Of a stretch of DNA of 64,000 bases, positions 24,601-39,068 are shown piece after piece (within the stretch, counting starts at the first letter, position 1; each line of letters opens with the position of its first letter). Location of the stretch: the NCBI GenBank assembly GCA_046563655.1, contig CM102290.1, positions 5,084,001-5,148,000 on the forward strand. Direction: 5' to 3'. The DNA comes from Yuukianura sp. NJ FZ-2021 (taxonomy: Eukaryota). The notes beneath the pieces were generated by a model. The model saw nothing but the letters and a program-made list of their open reading frames with translations. It searched no databases and had not been told where the DNA came from. The position numbers were made by a program, and so were the translations under genes.

Positions 24601-27063
24601 GTTGCCAAAAACCAGACAGATCCAGCGATGTCTGAGGCCAGTTACCTAATCGATTCTTGCATTTTGCAACTAATTAGCCTCTCATCTCCTCCTTTGCCTT
24701 GTGGGAAGCCCCTCTATACACTTCCTTAGGGCACGAATACGAGTTTATAGGATCTTAAATTCTAAATTCAATCCACACAAACGAAAGCGACATTAATTGA
24801 ATTAAAGTATAGACTCAAAAGCACAGATTGGCATAAACTTTTCAACCTGCACTTTTTGAATTAGGCTATAAAAGTCGTACATAAAAGGAAGCGCATACTT
24901 TGTAGAAGTCACCTTTTGTAGCCATTTTGAAGTGAAAATGGATGCCAAAAGAAAAGTTGAAGGTTTTGGTTCCAGAAGTTTAATAAATTAGACGTATAAT
25001 GGGGCTAACGTTGAATGAATGAAGTGTGACGGACGGTGCGGGATCCTTTTTAAGGGGGTCGACAATTGTCCCAGGAGACACTACTGTCTCCATTATGCTG
25101 CGCAGGGGCCCTTGAAGGGCCTTTCCTTCACAAGCCTCTGGTGCGTCCTTACTCTGGTGATTGAGTTGTGTTTTTCTGGCCGAATTTTCACGTTTTTGGA
25201 CATTTTGTGTCTTTGCAAGTTAACGTGGGGGCCTTAAGTCTACCTGAGGGAGCCCTTTTAAGTCGTTTCTGTATGCCGTCAAGGAGTGTCCAGGTAATGG
25301 CAATTAAACTGGACTTTTCAACCTTCGACGGAGCCCTCCAAGAAAAAGTTTTTTCTTTCCATTTTGAAATGCCATAACGTTCTTCAGAAAAAGGAGGAAA
25401 ACGGAAACAAAAATTCAATTCCTAGGGGAGGAGGGCCTTAAAAGTCCTTTGAGAAAACAAAACGGAGATTCCTGAATCTGTAGGAGGCCTTCCCGTTTTC
25501 CTTTCTCCAAATATTAAGGAGAAATGTGTTTTTACAGCCTTCGACATAGTCATAAAATTTCATTAGGCCTGAATACGTCAAGGAATCTATGGACGAACAA
25601 ACGCCTAAGAGCCTAACCTCTCCGCACCCGCAAAACTACCGCCAGAAACCCAATTGGACAAACGCTTAAACAACTAGTATGAGGAACTCAGAAATAATAA
25701 AAATGGAGTCCATACTAACTATAGATTTTGAGCTCAAAAGCTTAAACTTCATCTTCATCATTCTAAAATTGGTCCTTTAAGGACTCGCAAGAGGACTTTA
25801 AGGGGGCCTCATTACCGTTTCATCCTTTAGTTAAGTTGGAAATGAAGAAATGCTCACTTTTGTAATGGATTGGAAGTCAAGTGGACTTTGTGGGGGATCC
25901 TTCGTATGCTGCTCCAAGGCTTTTCGACAGGTGAATTCATGGTTCCAAAGTCAGTGTCTCCTTAAAACTCAAGTGGACTTTATAGTTCTTGTTTCAAAAC
26001 AAAGAGGAAAGGAATTTTTCAAGCTTTTCAAAAACCAAAAACTGAAAAACGGTCGTCTTAACTAAAATCTATTTTATTCAACTGACCTTTTCAATGGACG
26101 CATCTTTAAATATGCTATTCGGTTAATTGAGCAGGTGAGACGTTGAAAGCGTCTCTAAAGTTGAAAAAGCTTATAAAGTGCACGTAAAACTTCTTTTTTC
26201 ACTTTAGGCAAGTGACCCACAAAAGTAACAACGATTTCAAGTTAGGCAAATCCCAATACACGTGTTAACTGTTCTTCTAGTAATTCGTAATACATAAAAG
26301 TCAGAATCGTTTAGATGCACTAGGGTGTACTTAACATAGAAAACGGGAAAAATTACCATTGAAAACAAATTTTACTTTCTTTTTCACTAATTATGATTTT
26401 CAACACTGCTGAAGTTAATTTTTTTAAATGTCAGTACTTGCGAATAGACTTCAAAAATTGACTGTCAATGTGAGGTACCATACACGACTAAAACGTGAAA
26501 AAATTACGGTTGTGATTCTAGCCCAGTTAGATCAAATCACGAAAAACGATAAATATTTACTTCCGTTTGAGGTCAAGTTCAAGAGTTTTTTGAATTTCAC
26601 ATTACGCCTAACTTTCAAAAAAGTGTCATCTAGTCCTTTCCAACTCGAATTTGTTTTGCCGTTTTATATTCGCATTTTTATTTTTTTTACAGTTCAAACA
26701 TTTTTGCAATTTTTTAATTTAAAGGGACTGAAACGCATTGGAATGGAGAGTGTAGTGGGGGTAAGGGTTATGTTGGAGTACAAATTGTACACGCGTTTGC
26801 GTAAGCGTGGGAAAGACAAGCGATTGTTATTGTTAGATACGTCTCATCACTCTCTATTATCACTGTCTGACCTAATTAAACCCAACTCACACCCAATGCT
26901 GACATTATAACTAACATAAAGTGCTAATTCAACTTCTTTTTAGCAGAAATTAGCCAAGAAGAGCAGGTTCCCCATTTCTCAAGTTCCGCTCAACCTTTCG
27001 GCCTCTCCTACTAATGCGTTAATTACTCAACACTCAATTAGTGAAGAAGAATAATGAACTTAC

Positions 27064-27080
27064 TTAGTGTCGATGTTCAT
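27064..27080 (-). CDS. Candidate first coding exon of the FGF gene (MNIDT + K split across the intron)
   Basis: ccacATG AAC ATC GAC ACT AA|gtaagt has a consensus donor and the phase 2 that exon 14320-14362 needs. The join gives MNIDTKFLLVCLQLIIVLLMSTYVEG. Confidence 0.35.
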
Positions 27081-30000
27081 GTGGGGCGGTGTAGGACATT
27101 TAGTCCCAGCTTCTGGGAGCCTGGAGGAAGCGAGACGGGGGTGGGCAGCCCGTTCGCTCCTTCTCTGTATAAGCAAGGCTAAAGACTCCTTGGAACAGTT
27201 CCGATCCAACGTTGAGCATAAGGGCTAACTTTAACTTTTAGTTAATTATATTAACTTTAATTAGAAAATTATTATTGTTTGTTGTCAGGAGAAACAGGCT
27301 CCGAAGGAACCAAGCGTCTCCCACCACCAAAAGTCCATCTTGGCTTATATCGGCTTCACATGGCCACTCGGCATTGTTCAAGTCCATGGATCCAAGAGGT
27401 GTGTGACCTTAAGGGACTGTTCCATTCCAAATGGAAAGTTAGGTTCCATTTAAGGGGTCCAAGAGGAACTACACTGTCACTCGTGTAGGCACTTTCCACT
27501 TGAAGGACCACGAGTGGCGTCCACCGAACTTTCTCCAGCTCCACTCTCACATTTCCGGGGCCCTTGGCCCAATCATGCTAAGCAATTCAAATTGTTAGAT
27601 TGGTAGCGTGTATGTTAACCTATTGTTCCTACATTGGGTTTTCAACTGATTACTGGAAAGTTGTACTACACTTGAGCTGCTACGTCTCTGGGCACCAGAA
27701 GTGGAATGGTGAGGTTCAGATTGAGGTACGGAGAGGTGAGCAGCGAAACTGAGAGAGACAATAGACGAATTCCAATCCAAACAATGCTTGAGCAGAACCT
27801 CCCAGAGGCCCAGGCCAGAGTGCATCAACAACATTTCACATCTTCAGACCCACGAAACAGGCATCCGACACCACTCTTCGTAACTAGGAATTGACGAAAT
27901 TTAATAAATGCTCTTCCTCGTCCAACTTCCCACCACTACCCACAAAACAACGTCAAGCATTTTACTCCGGTCTATTTTGAGCCCAATTTCTGGAAATCAC
28001 TTCATTTCAACACACTTAAGTTTGCGAGACACTCGAAACGTTCGTTAGTGTCATCATGCAACCCATGACTCTTAAAGGCCATTTTCTGTCCATGTACACA
28101 CGAATTTTTTCTCTTCATTTGAATAACAAACGATAGCAATTGTTGTTCATTTTGATCAAATTCAAAAACTTTTCTAATGTAAGTGTAAAAACTTTTCACG
28201 CATAGTGATAAACTATCAAGAGCACTTTGTGCAGTGGAAAGTGGTGGATAGTTTCCTTGAATGGGCACAAATTGTAGGGTCATACCTTAAGTGCTCCATG
28301 TCCAAGTTGACAACAATTTCAAATTCGGCCCACAAAAGTTAGTGCACTTCAAAAGAAATTGGAAAAAAAATGAAATGAAAAAGAAATGAGCTGAAAAGTG
28401 AAGCGAAAGGAATGAGTGTTCTCTGGAATATCATCTAATTAGAACCCTTGAATCATTGACACCATTTACACTATAGCGTAATGTATTAGTGAGCTAGTAC
28501 ATTGTATATTTTTGTGGGTTGACTGGAATAATGAATGACTTTATGATACACTAAATTCCTTTAGTTTGGAAAATTTGAATTTTGAGAATCAGGGTTGTTG
28601 ACCCCCGTTGGACTTCATTTTAAAAATAATTTAATTGGCGCATGTAGCAAACGTAAATGTTTGATTGGAACTGCAGATGTGAAATGAGACGTGTTGTGTT
28701 GAGATAGTGAAAGGATTAAGAGAAAGTCGCTCCTCTTCCTTCCGCTTCTCGTTGAAGATTATTCAAAGTGACGCGTAGACGCAAAAGAAAAGCACCGCGT
28801 GAGTAACATCAACCCATGGCTCTATGGACGTTTGGTGTGGAAATATTTTGGATTTTGAAAAACTAATCTTATGAGGGGAAAAAGTGTCACTAAAGATGAA
28901 ATTAAGGACTTTGACACTTTGGAGCCTTTGGCTTAGGGATTAGCTTTTCAAGTTCTTACCCGCCAACTTCAAAAGTGTCAAAACCTCTTGTTCCGTCCCA
29001 CTATACACCTTCCTCTCTCTCTGTTTGAATTCCGAAGAGCACAAGTTCAAATGGCGCGCTTATCTTCTATTTGTTTATTTGGCACATTCCAGAAAAGTCT
29101 TTGACAAACATGAAAAGATGCTAATCTTCCTGATGGAACGTATGTATTATAGCACGTAATGTTTTATACTCGGAACTTCCATTTGTTGAACTTGGAGCAA
29201 TATTTATTAATAAAACACTGCATATTAACAAAGGTTACCTCATATAAGCCACTTTTACTACCAATTAATAGACAGAAAAAAATTGTTTTCATGAAATTTG
29301 AAAAACAGTTTTATTAATTCATGCACTCTACAGTTTGGACTTTTACGATTGAAATTGACGGTTAGTGGACGAATAAGTTCCGTACATGGTATTTATGCCT
29401 AATATCAAGTTATTATTATTGGTTCACCTTGTGCGAAATTATGAAAATTATAACTTTGCAAATGCAGAAGAAAAAAATTATTCCTTTAGGTTTCTTCTGG
29501 GCGCGAGAACTGGCGGCGGCGTCAAAAATTCAACCTATAACTGAAGAGCTCTCTTGGTAAAAACAAATCAAAACAATGAAGCACCGTTGCGAAACAACGG
29601 AATTGGCAAAATTGAATCACAGAAATAGACAACTGTGATTTGTAGTAAATAACTGATCACACAACAGAGTACCTGCCGGTTAGCAGCTGAACGACGAGAA
29701 ACGTTAGCGGATCAACGAAATAGGTAGCATGAATTACATAAGCAAAAAAAATCCTCAAAAAAAAAATGAAATGTCACTCTAACTGGAGGGAGGTCAAAAG
29801 AAGGTCACAATAAAACATTTTGAAAAAAAAAGTCTGAAATAAGCAGATTAATGTATTAGCTTGGGCTTGGACTCCTCTAAATTCCGATTTTTTTCTACCA
29901 CTGGTTTCCAAGCACAGATTGTTTAAATGACGTTTTTTATACTGGAAGTTGGAGACGCTTGTCCTTGAAAATAAGAAAAAGGGCGTATGCTGCTTGCTGG

Positions 30001-33000
30001 CTTGACTTGGTGATTCGGTGAAGGGAGGAATGATGCGAATGTAAGATTTAAAGATGAGATTTGAACAAAAGCTGCTTTAAGTTTTATATGAACTTTCTTG
30101 TGGGCTTAGAACAGTCAAACGATCAAATATGGAAAAGTAGGGGCGGGTAGAACAAATTAAACGTAGACAAAAGTCACTTTTGTGCCTGGTCACATATACG
30201 CACGTTTTTAAGCACTTTGACATTAAAGAAAGGTGAAAGTCGAATTTTTCTTCACGAAGATATCAACGTTTCTCAGAATTTGTTGCAGGAATATTGTTTT
30301 TCTTTGATTATTTTGAAATGTCTGTCTGATGGTCTACTCCACGCTAAAAGTAGCTTTCATTTGAAAAAAACAATGGCCGGATCCATAAAAAAGTTTCACC
30401 TTATGACCAACCTTACTCAACCCTCTGCTTTTTGAAGTAATTCACACCATTATCGTTAAATTGGAAACGTCTTGTCAATGTTGCGTGGCTAATTGAGGAG
30501 TGTTACCTAGCGAAGTGTTCAATCAGAACCTGAACAACAATGGTGGAATGACTCATGTACAGTACTTAGAGTCCTTGTACTTCAAAGGATCAAAAAGTAT
30601 TCGCCGAACGGATGCATTATTTAGCGCCAAAATAGTAGTACATGGTACTGACGCCGGAACAAAATGCTTTGAAGACGCATTCGAATTGGAAGTTAGGGTT
30701 AGGTTAACCTAACTGAAAAACAGTCCTTGGCTCATCATTAACGGGTCAAACCCTAACCTGACATAAAAGAAGCCGAAATGTGACATTTTCGCGTAAGTGT
30801 TAAAATAGTTTCGTTAAAAAATGTATTTTTTGTTGTTGTCTTCTACCTTAGAAAAGGTTGATAGGAAGTTGTTAGCACAATTTTTTGGAATAAATTATAA
30901 TATAGAATAAACTAAATATTTCAATAAAGAAAATGTTTAATAAAAAGTTTTGTTAGGTTACGCTACGCAGCTCTTGTCTGAAGGTTAGCTCACGCTACCC
31001 TAATTGTTGGTATGGGAAAGTGACAAATTGCGCTGATCAATAACTTTAAAATATGTACAAGGTTCATGTAAAGTATTTAATTGTTCATCTCACCCATCTC
31101 CAGGCCAAAACAGGAGAGAAAACTGTTCTCATTCGTTTTTTAAAATTATTCATGCCACAAGTTGAACAAGAAATATTGAGCCCTGTAGCCAGAATGAATC
31201 AATAATTTACTTCAAAAAATGAGGCCTAATTCGGAAGAGTGTTTTGCAGATAAGTGAGCGTGTTTTTTTATTCTTAAAGTTAAATCGGGTGAACTTGTAA
31301 GTGGGGTGGAGGAAGAAAGTGAAGGGGGATGAAGTCGAGCGGAGTGTTGAAGGTGTCAAGAGGTTAACAACGCCAATTAATTTTATCAGATCCACATCCA
31401 CAACGTATCTGATCCAGAAACACAACATGCATGGCACCCTCATCTCCGTCTTATGCTCAATTTCCTTCCAGAAAATGTTCTTCTGCGTAAAATGAACTAC
31501 TTACGTCTTCGAAATTTCAAACAGACCTACAGTTGTAAAATCTTGTAGAACTTGGAAGAATAATGTTTTGAGATGATACAAAAGCTTCATAACTTCTTTC
31601 TTAATTGAAGTTGGGCTATGATTCATATTTTCCTTTCTTGTTTTTATTACTATATTTGTTTATTTATGTAAACACTAAAAATTTGTAATTTATTTTGACG
31701 AATTTGAACAGTGGGGGCTGGTGCGTTGGGCTTAATACTTACGGGATTCGGCCAGAGGTCAATGTCATTTTCCTGATGCAAATAGCCTCGTGGAACACTG
31801 TGAGTGTAAACCCATGAGAAAATGCGGATACCGAAAGTCATTCCTCGAAATCAACGAACGGAAATTACTGTACCACCAAATGGTAAATAATCAATATTTG
31901 TCAGGAGTCATTCAAAATTTCAAAATTCAAGAATCTTGTCACTGGATTTTGAAGTGCATCAACTGTGATGTGCACATTTACGACCGTCCGTAAATCTTAT
32001 AGTCCATTCCTTTCCGTCCATGACTTCCCTGTGACACTGAAGAATGAGGTTGCGTAAATGGAGGCCTCAAAGTTCTCAAAAAGGAAGATGAGGTAGCGTG
32101 GATTCTGTCCGAGGACATATCTCGGGAAGAAGAAATTCTTTTGCGGAGAGATAGTTTTTTGGCTTTACTCCTCCTTGGGGAGGGCGGTTTTTTAAAAAAA
32201 AATTTCCATTTCTTTCCCATTTCGCCCAAATATGTCTCTGAAACAAACATTCTTCAAATGGACACACGAATCTGCCGCCACAACAATCCAGCGTCCAGCA
32301 CAGTTCTCACAACCAGCAATATAACTTTAGTTGAACCTTTATGAGGAAATGACATGAAAGGATCCCCCTCCAGAACTTGGCTCAATTTGGTCCACTTCCC
32401 TCAAGGGAACCTTCTGCTCAATACAAATGCCCATTTGCTCACATTCTACTCGTGCACATCTTCCTCAAAAGGGCCCCACCCTTATTTGCATCAACTTTCG
32501 TTCATGTTCTACAAACCACACGATGGCGTCCAACCTTCCTCCAGCAAAAAATCATCCAGGACTTGATGAAATCTCGGATGCTATCAAATTCTTCGTGTCA
32601 AAGTCTTCAAGCTCTCCGAAGACGGTGCTCAGTTCACGTCTGGATATAAAACAATCATGCATCAACAACATAAAAACATAAAACTAAGAGCCTACTGCAG
32701 CGTTAAGCCTGGCCGCTCTCGCGATGGAAGCCCAGCATAGTGACTCATTTGACCTCGCCGCATAACTTGGCCGAAGTAAAACGACCGCACGACCTCTAAT
32801 GTTTACTTGGGAATCTTTACGCCGACTCAACCGCTGTCTTTGATTCTCATACGAACATGAGGATCTGATTGGGAGAGAAGGTTCCTGAATCAATAGGTAG
32901 AAGAAATATGCGAGGACGATATGTTGGTGGGGACCTGGGACTGCGAGGTCATTCGTCACTTGGCGCTGTGCTTCAGACGTTCACACCTTCCTCTTCCCTG

Positions 33001-36000
33001 GAATCCATGTCTGCTAATTAGAGGAGTCTCACCTCCATCACGGACCACGACTACAGCGACTCAAGGCTTCTCTTGCCCTTTGGTTCCATTTATGAAATGA
33101 ACAAACTTGGACTTTTGGAACAGAGGCCTTGTCCCTCCATTACGGCCTCTGTAAACAAACACTAAAACATTCAGGTCCAATTATCAATTCTCTACGTACT
33201 CTTCCCACGTATCTCAACGGACGTCACTCCATGGTAAATGGACATCATCAAGGTAGCAAAACATCTCCAAAAATGTCCTAAACATTCCCCAGTCATTCCT
33301 CATCTCCACTTCCATGTAACTGCTTTCACCATTCAGGAAAACCCAAAAACTAATGTTAACTTCCTCCACTTCCTAGTTACTTCAATCGTTTAGGGATTTA
33401 CCACAATTGAAGTCACTAAATTCCAACAACATCAAAAGAGTCATCTAAAAATCAGAAGCAAAAGCAGCAAAAGCTTCCTGGCTCACCCCATGTAATTTGG
33501 CTGTATTTTTCAAACGTCTATATAATGTTTTACACGTAAGATCTACAGGAACCTTTATTCGCAGTGAGACTGCCCTGGGCTTCGGTTGCTTTCCGGGAGC
33601 TGACTTTTTTTTCACGGGTCAAATGTTAAGGTAATAGTAGCGTACATATTGTATCCTGTTGGTAGAGGGGCTGGATTGGATGAAATTAAATTGGGACAGG
33701 ATGCGAACTCATATGACGCTACAAAGTGTCCGAGGAAGCAACAAGTCGAGTGTGTAAATTAAAAAAAATAAGAGTGGCTAATTCAACCTTTCATTTCTAA
33801 TTGTTTTCCTACAAAGCCCACGGGCATTATATGTCGTGTAAATGTAGAAGAACTTATGTATAGATGCATACAGTATGTTAGGAGGGATGTAAGATGTGGG
33901 AAAAGTCAAATTGTGTTGAAGGGCATTCGGATTTATTGGATGTCCTTAAGGGATGCAAAGTACTTCATACACAACCCCTTGTAGAACTTAATTGCTTCAT
34001 TCGCAGTAAAAATTTCCAGTACCTCACATAAAGGTCACCCGAAATACTACATAAAAAAATTTTTTTTAGGATTTGATTTATGTATTTCATTAAAAAGTTA
34101 ACACCCAGGACTAGCTGTTGGGATTCCTTCTAACATAAGTTCCAAGAACGTAGTTTCCAGCAACAGTTATAATATGGAATGTAACGGTGTTAAGGTTGCA
34201 ATATTTTTGATTCCTCTACGTCCTTGTGAATTCACTAACTGTAATTGCTCAATGTCAATTTTTTATGCACGGAAGTGCAAATAAGTTATTGCGTCTTCAG
34301 AAATGCTCAATTGTTTTGGAGTATTATGACTACTAGTGTTAATGCCGTGTGTCATGTAAAGTTCACTGTCACTAATTTCCTAAAAACAAAAAATCCACAT
34401 TAGAAAAGATGTGTAAATTGCGTCAATTTAAATTTACGTCAAAGTGATTAGCACACCAAAATACAATAGACTTTATGGATTGACATTGTCTTCGAAGGTC
34501 ATCGTCTCTTCTACTCAACAACAATCACAATTATGTGAATTAGTAAATGATTCGAACCAGTTTGCATTCCACCTCAGTTCATATCTCCATGTACAATCAG
34601 CTTACCAAAAGCATGTGGATCGTGTTAATCGGAGGTGTTACACCGAAATTGACCCAAATTGGATGTTTTGCTTAAAAAGTTTAAACAAAAAGAGAAGAAA
34701 AAAGCTGTATTTTAGAAAACGTGATTGACAGGCAAGAATAGATGAAAAAAAAAGTTTGAAGTTCAAATTGATTCAGTGACATGACACTTTCTCGCGTCCA
34801 TTTTTTGTTTCCCAGCAGTTGTTGGAATGGGCTAGGTTGGACTTAGGTGTTTTAGCCTTGTTTGTAACCTCTGGACCTGCTGCGTCTTGAAATTTAAAGG
34901 CAGGTTTCGCCTACAAGTTTTTCTTTTGGCTGGAAGGTTGCTGCTGAAGAAGGAAATGCAAGACTGGCGCTGAAATTATGGAAATGAAGAAAATGAGGCG
35001 TTAGTTGGTTGGCGAATTAGTGGAATTAAATTAGAGATGTGTTAAATATTTTTTAAAAAGGCAAACTGCTAGCGACATTCCGCAACGGTCTCATCCCATC
35101 GTCGACTAGGTTTTGACAGGTACAAAGAACAATTTGGCGCCTTGGCTCCATGTTTGCAAAGTGGAAAAAGTCTCGCCAAACGGGATTGGAGTTTAGCATT
35201 TAATAATATTTATTATGGTCATAGACAAGAAGAAGAGCGCCCAGAGAAATGGGCGTTCTGGAATTCCTTGCCAAAAGTGACACTGCAGCAAGCATATCTT
35301 GTTGTTTGGGGCTGAAGGTTACTTCAAAACATTCATCAAAAACTAACAGTTGACGTTAGTTGAATTTCAAAAATTGACAAAAAAAAAATTAACAAATCCT
35401 CAAACTTTGTTAATAGTCCTAACTTAATGTTCTCAACTGCGTTTCCGCTTGACACGTTGAACAGGAAAGAATTAACTGCGCAATGTCCGCTCATTTGTCG
35501 TTTATGTGACATTCCACAATGCTTGGCTCCGCCGTTGGAAATATAATGTTATTATACTTAGCCTCTCAAATCCTACATTATGAAAAAAGTTTCGTCCCAA
35601 AAAATTTTTGTGAAGGGCGTTGGTCCGTCAGTTGCTGGACAGATCGAATGTCTTGACGTTCCCACGACGGCATATTTGGTCATGCACATTCAAGAAGATG
35701 AACGTGAAGTGCATGTCGCCTGATAAATGGTCGCATGGGTCAAAAGTTGTTTTGGATCTCTCTGATATGCGAATCCAAACGATGAGAAACAATAAAAAAA
35801 TGAAACAAAAAATACGACATATAATAACGAAAATTTTGTGAGTTTTATTTGATCAGAGGCAGTCAACCTTCCCTGTGGCACTACATATCGTTCCTTTATG
35901 TAATAAATTAATCAAGAGAAAGTGTTGAAGAATGTCACCTTCTCTACAGTAACCTCCCTTTGTGTGTACGTCGTTTATCTTAACGTTATAAGTTATGTTC

Positions 36001-38818
36001 ATTATAATTTTGACAACTCGCGCGCACACGCCAAGCCACCAAAATTCATATATTTCTAATTCCCAAAAAACAAGTTTTTACGATTTGGTGCATAATTTAA
36101 AAGAAACCGCTAAGGTCACCATTATTTTACTGCCTATGAAGTGCTATTCCGCGCCGTCACGGCGCCTCTTCACCGTAGTAGAAAACTTCCTTTCCTAAAG
36201 TGACGTTTGAAGGAAATGAAAAATCCCGCCTCCAAATTTTACTTTTCCAGGAGGCGGAGTTTAATTCAACTTTAATTTTTTGGTAATAAAATACAAGGGG
36301 AAAGGTCTCCGAGAAAATTCATCAAATTTAATTTCAAAATTGAAAAGTAAAACAGGAACACAGAAGGGAGGAAGTTAACTTCTTGATCACTTTAAATAAT
36401 GGTGGCAGTTTATAATGGAACGAGTTTCCCACCATTGACTCCCATTTGTCTTAACGTCTCTATTTGATAGTACACTGGTCCCGCATAAATTACATTTCTT
36501 GAATAAGATTATGAATGAGTAGTCTTCTGAAATAAAGAAAAAACACCTTCGAAAGATTTCAAACGTTTCGAATTCTGATGCTAAAAATTGAAAATATTTT
36601 GTGAAGACTTGTACAACTTATTTAGTGAAAATTTCTTCCTAACTGACTAGTATTTGAGCTAAGGGCGGGAGTTTTGAATCTTGATATTATTTTGTTGTTA
36701 TTTAAATTCATAATTTGTAATTGTAATAGATCACTGTGATATAAATGGAACTGCCCCCTTGTACTTGCATTCCCTCGAGCAAGGGCAGAACTCTGCCTTG
36801 GAACAGGATTTTGAAAGGCAGTAACTTGGAGCAGTGAACCTGTAAATTAGTTTATTAATACATTTCAAATGACTAATTTCCTCGTTAGTTCAACAGTTAT
36901 GAAACAGAGCATCAATTTCTAAGTTCCAAAATCCCGTGCGGGTGGTCCTCGTATGCAGAACAATGTAATTTCCTAAATCTTTGTTTCTATTGTTTTACAT
37001 TCAAACAATTTAGAGGGTTGGATCTCTTGCAGCTTGAGCTTAAACACTTTTCTACCTGGGAGGGACAGTTCATTTCCAAATCTGAAAAACTTCCATTTGC
37101 AGTTTTCTTTTTAGGACAAACTTTCCGCAATTTTTTTATTGCCAGTCTGAACACTTAAGAATTTTGGACTTCCCCGGCGCAGTCGTAGAGCGCATAATTT
37201 TTTCCAATCTACGAATTTGGGGCTTTGCGAATGACAGTTGTCGCGGAGGATTTGGCCAATGAAGATGCATTTCCAATGCCTGAAGCATTTGGCGAACACA
37301 TTGGCGTCACCAAAAACGCTGCCTTCGTTACCGCTAAAATATAAAACACTCTAATGCTTGGAGCAGGAAATATGAATCGGCGGTAACACTTCGTTGTACG
37401 ATGCCTTCAAGAACGTCAGTTGAACCAAACTGTTGACTTGGTTCCAGGAAGGAGTGTTGATTAGCTGAAGGGCCTTTATGTGGTTAGTTTGGTTTCAAGT
37501 GCGGTAACATAAATTAAATGATGAGAGTGTAACAGTTGGTGGGGTCTGTGGAAAGGGGTTGTTGGCATAAATAAATGATAATGAAGGGCTGCTGCAAGGA
37601 ATTAGATTGGATAATAAGGGCTCCTCTCTCCATTTCCTCCCTTTGCACTTTATTCGGATCAAACCCCTCATTTGATAAGACGGAGTTTACCCGGGTAGAC
37701 TTAAGCATCTCTGAAGCCAAACGCAGAGTTTCCTCTGGAGCCAAGGGCTCACACTTCCTCAACTTCCCTCAAAAGGAAACAAGTCTTCGGTAATCTTGAG
37801 CAGATTGAGCACTTTATTTATGTGAATGGCATTCCTTGTTCCACCAATCTCATGCATCTTACTCCACAGACGACCCTTCGTCAGTGGCCAGTGACAGCTT
37901 CTGGTCATTTGGAACTCTCAAACTAAAGTCAATTTGATGGTCTAACTTGAATTTCAGCGCCATCTTTCAAATACGAGTTCTAATGGACATCGTCATCAAT
38001 TCGCACGTCGGCGGTGCTGGGTTGCTGACGTATTTCACAAAAACATTACGATTCAGGGTCACACATGCCAAAGTCTATTCGCAGTGAATATGACATAGTA
38101 TTTCGCTCCAAAAAGCTGACGTATGCCGCACAACGCATTGCGAAAGTCTGTCACACACACACAATACTAGACACAGGGAGTATTTGACTAAAAAATATTT
38201 CCGAATCCTTTTTGGACTTTGATTTGTAATCTCCGATTCCGATTTAGCAGGCGTAACTAAAACTAATGCGTTTAAACTTAACTTTTTTCTTATATAAGTC
38301 CGTTTCTATTCTATCTAGAACGAAACTGATGAAATTGAATTATTTTTAAATTCGGAAACTTTTAGTATTTGTTGGATAGGGACAGAATTGGTGAACAATT
38401 TGTCACAATTCCGTTGATTTAAACTGGAATGACCTAATGAATGTGACATTTGATAAATTGGAAACAAATCAGCAACCCATATGCACACAATTGTCAGTTG
38501 AAGAGGGTAGTTGATTTGAGCAGTGACGGTGACTACAGTGTCATCATAAGTCAACAAATGCAACTGGTCCGGACGTTGTTAGAAGAGGCAAAGTTGCTTG
38601 GTCCATTTCAACTAGTTTATAATAATTAATCTCAATTACTCTGTTGTTCTCGTCGTGAGAACAATCAAAATGCCATGTGACAGAGATCACTGAAGGACTC
38701 CCAGTCGTGCCGAGTTAATGGACTTTTGAAGTAGAAGTCAAGGGAATGTTAACAACGAATAATTGTCGCTTGTCAATATGTCAACTGCCATACTATTTAG
38801 TTCTAGGGGAATTATGTA

Positions 38819-38979
38819 TGCACCTCATTCTCTAAATAAGAAACTAAAACTTCAGCCCTTTCCCCATTTCTTGTCGTGGGCCTCAGTGAGGCTTCCTTTA
38901 AGGCTGCATTGAGGCCTCATTGAAAAGAAATGGAGAAAGGTTTGAGGTTTTTAGTTGCTTATTTAGAGAATGTACTGTA
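38819..38979. mobile_element. Small hairpin MITE (TACAGT-type end)
   Basis: cattctctaaataag...cttatttagagaatgtactgta, with inverted arms across most of its length. Confidence 0.7.
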
Positions 38980-39014
38980 TTATATGTATTATATTATGTA
39001 GGTTCTATGTCTAT

Positions 39015-39068
39015 TTGGAAAATTCCAAATCAGTGACACTATAGAGTCACTTATTTGGAATTTTCCAA
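39015..39068. repeat. Short palindrome, probably a MITE remnant
   Basis: ttggaaaattccaaat-cagtgac-actataga-gtcactt-atttggaattttccaa. Confidence 0.7.

Noticed and set aside
26428..26910. 160-aa ORF
   Set aside because: F/K/L-rich composition typical of AT-rich non-coding DNA, with no motif.
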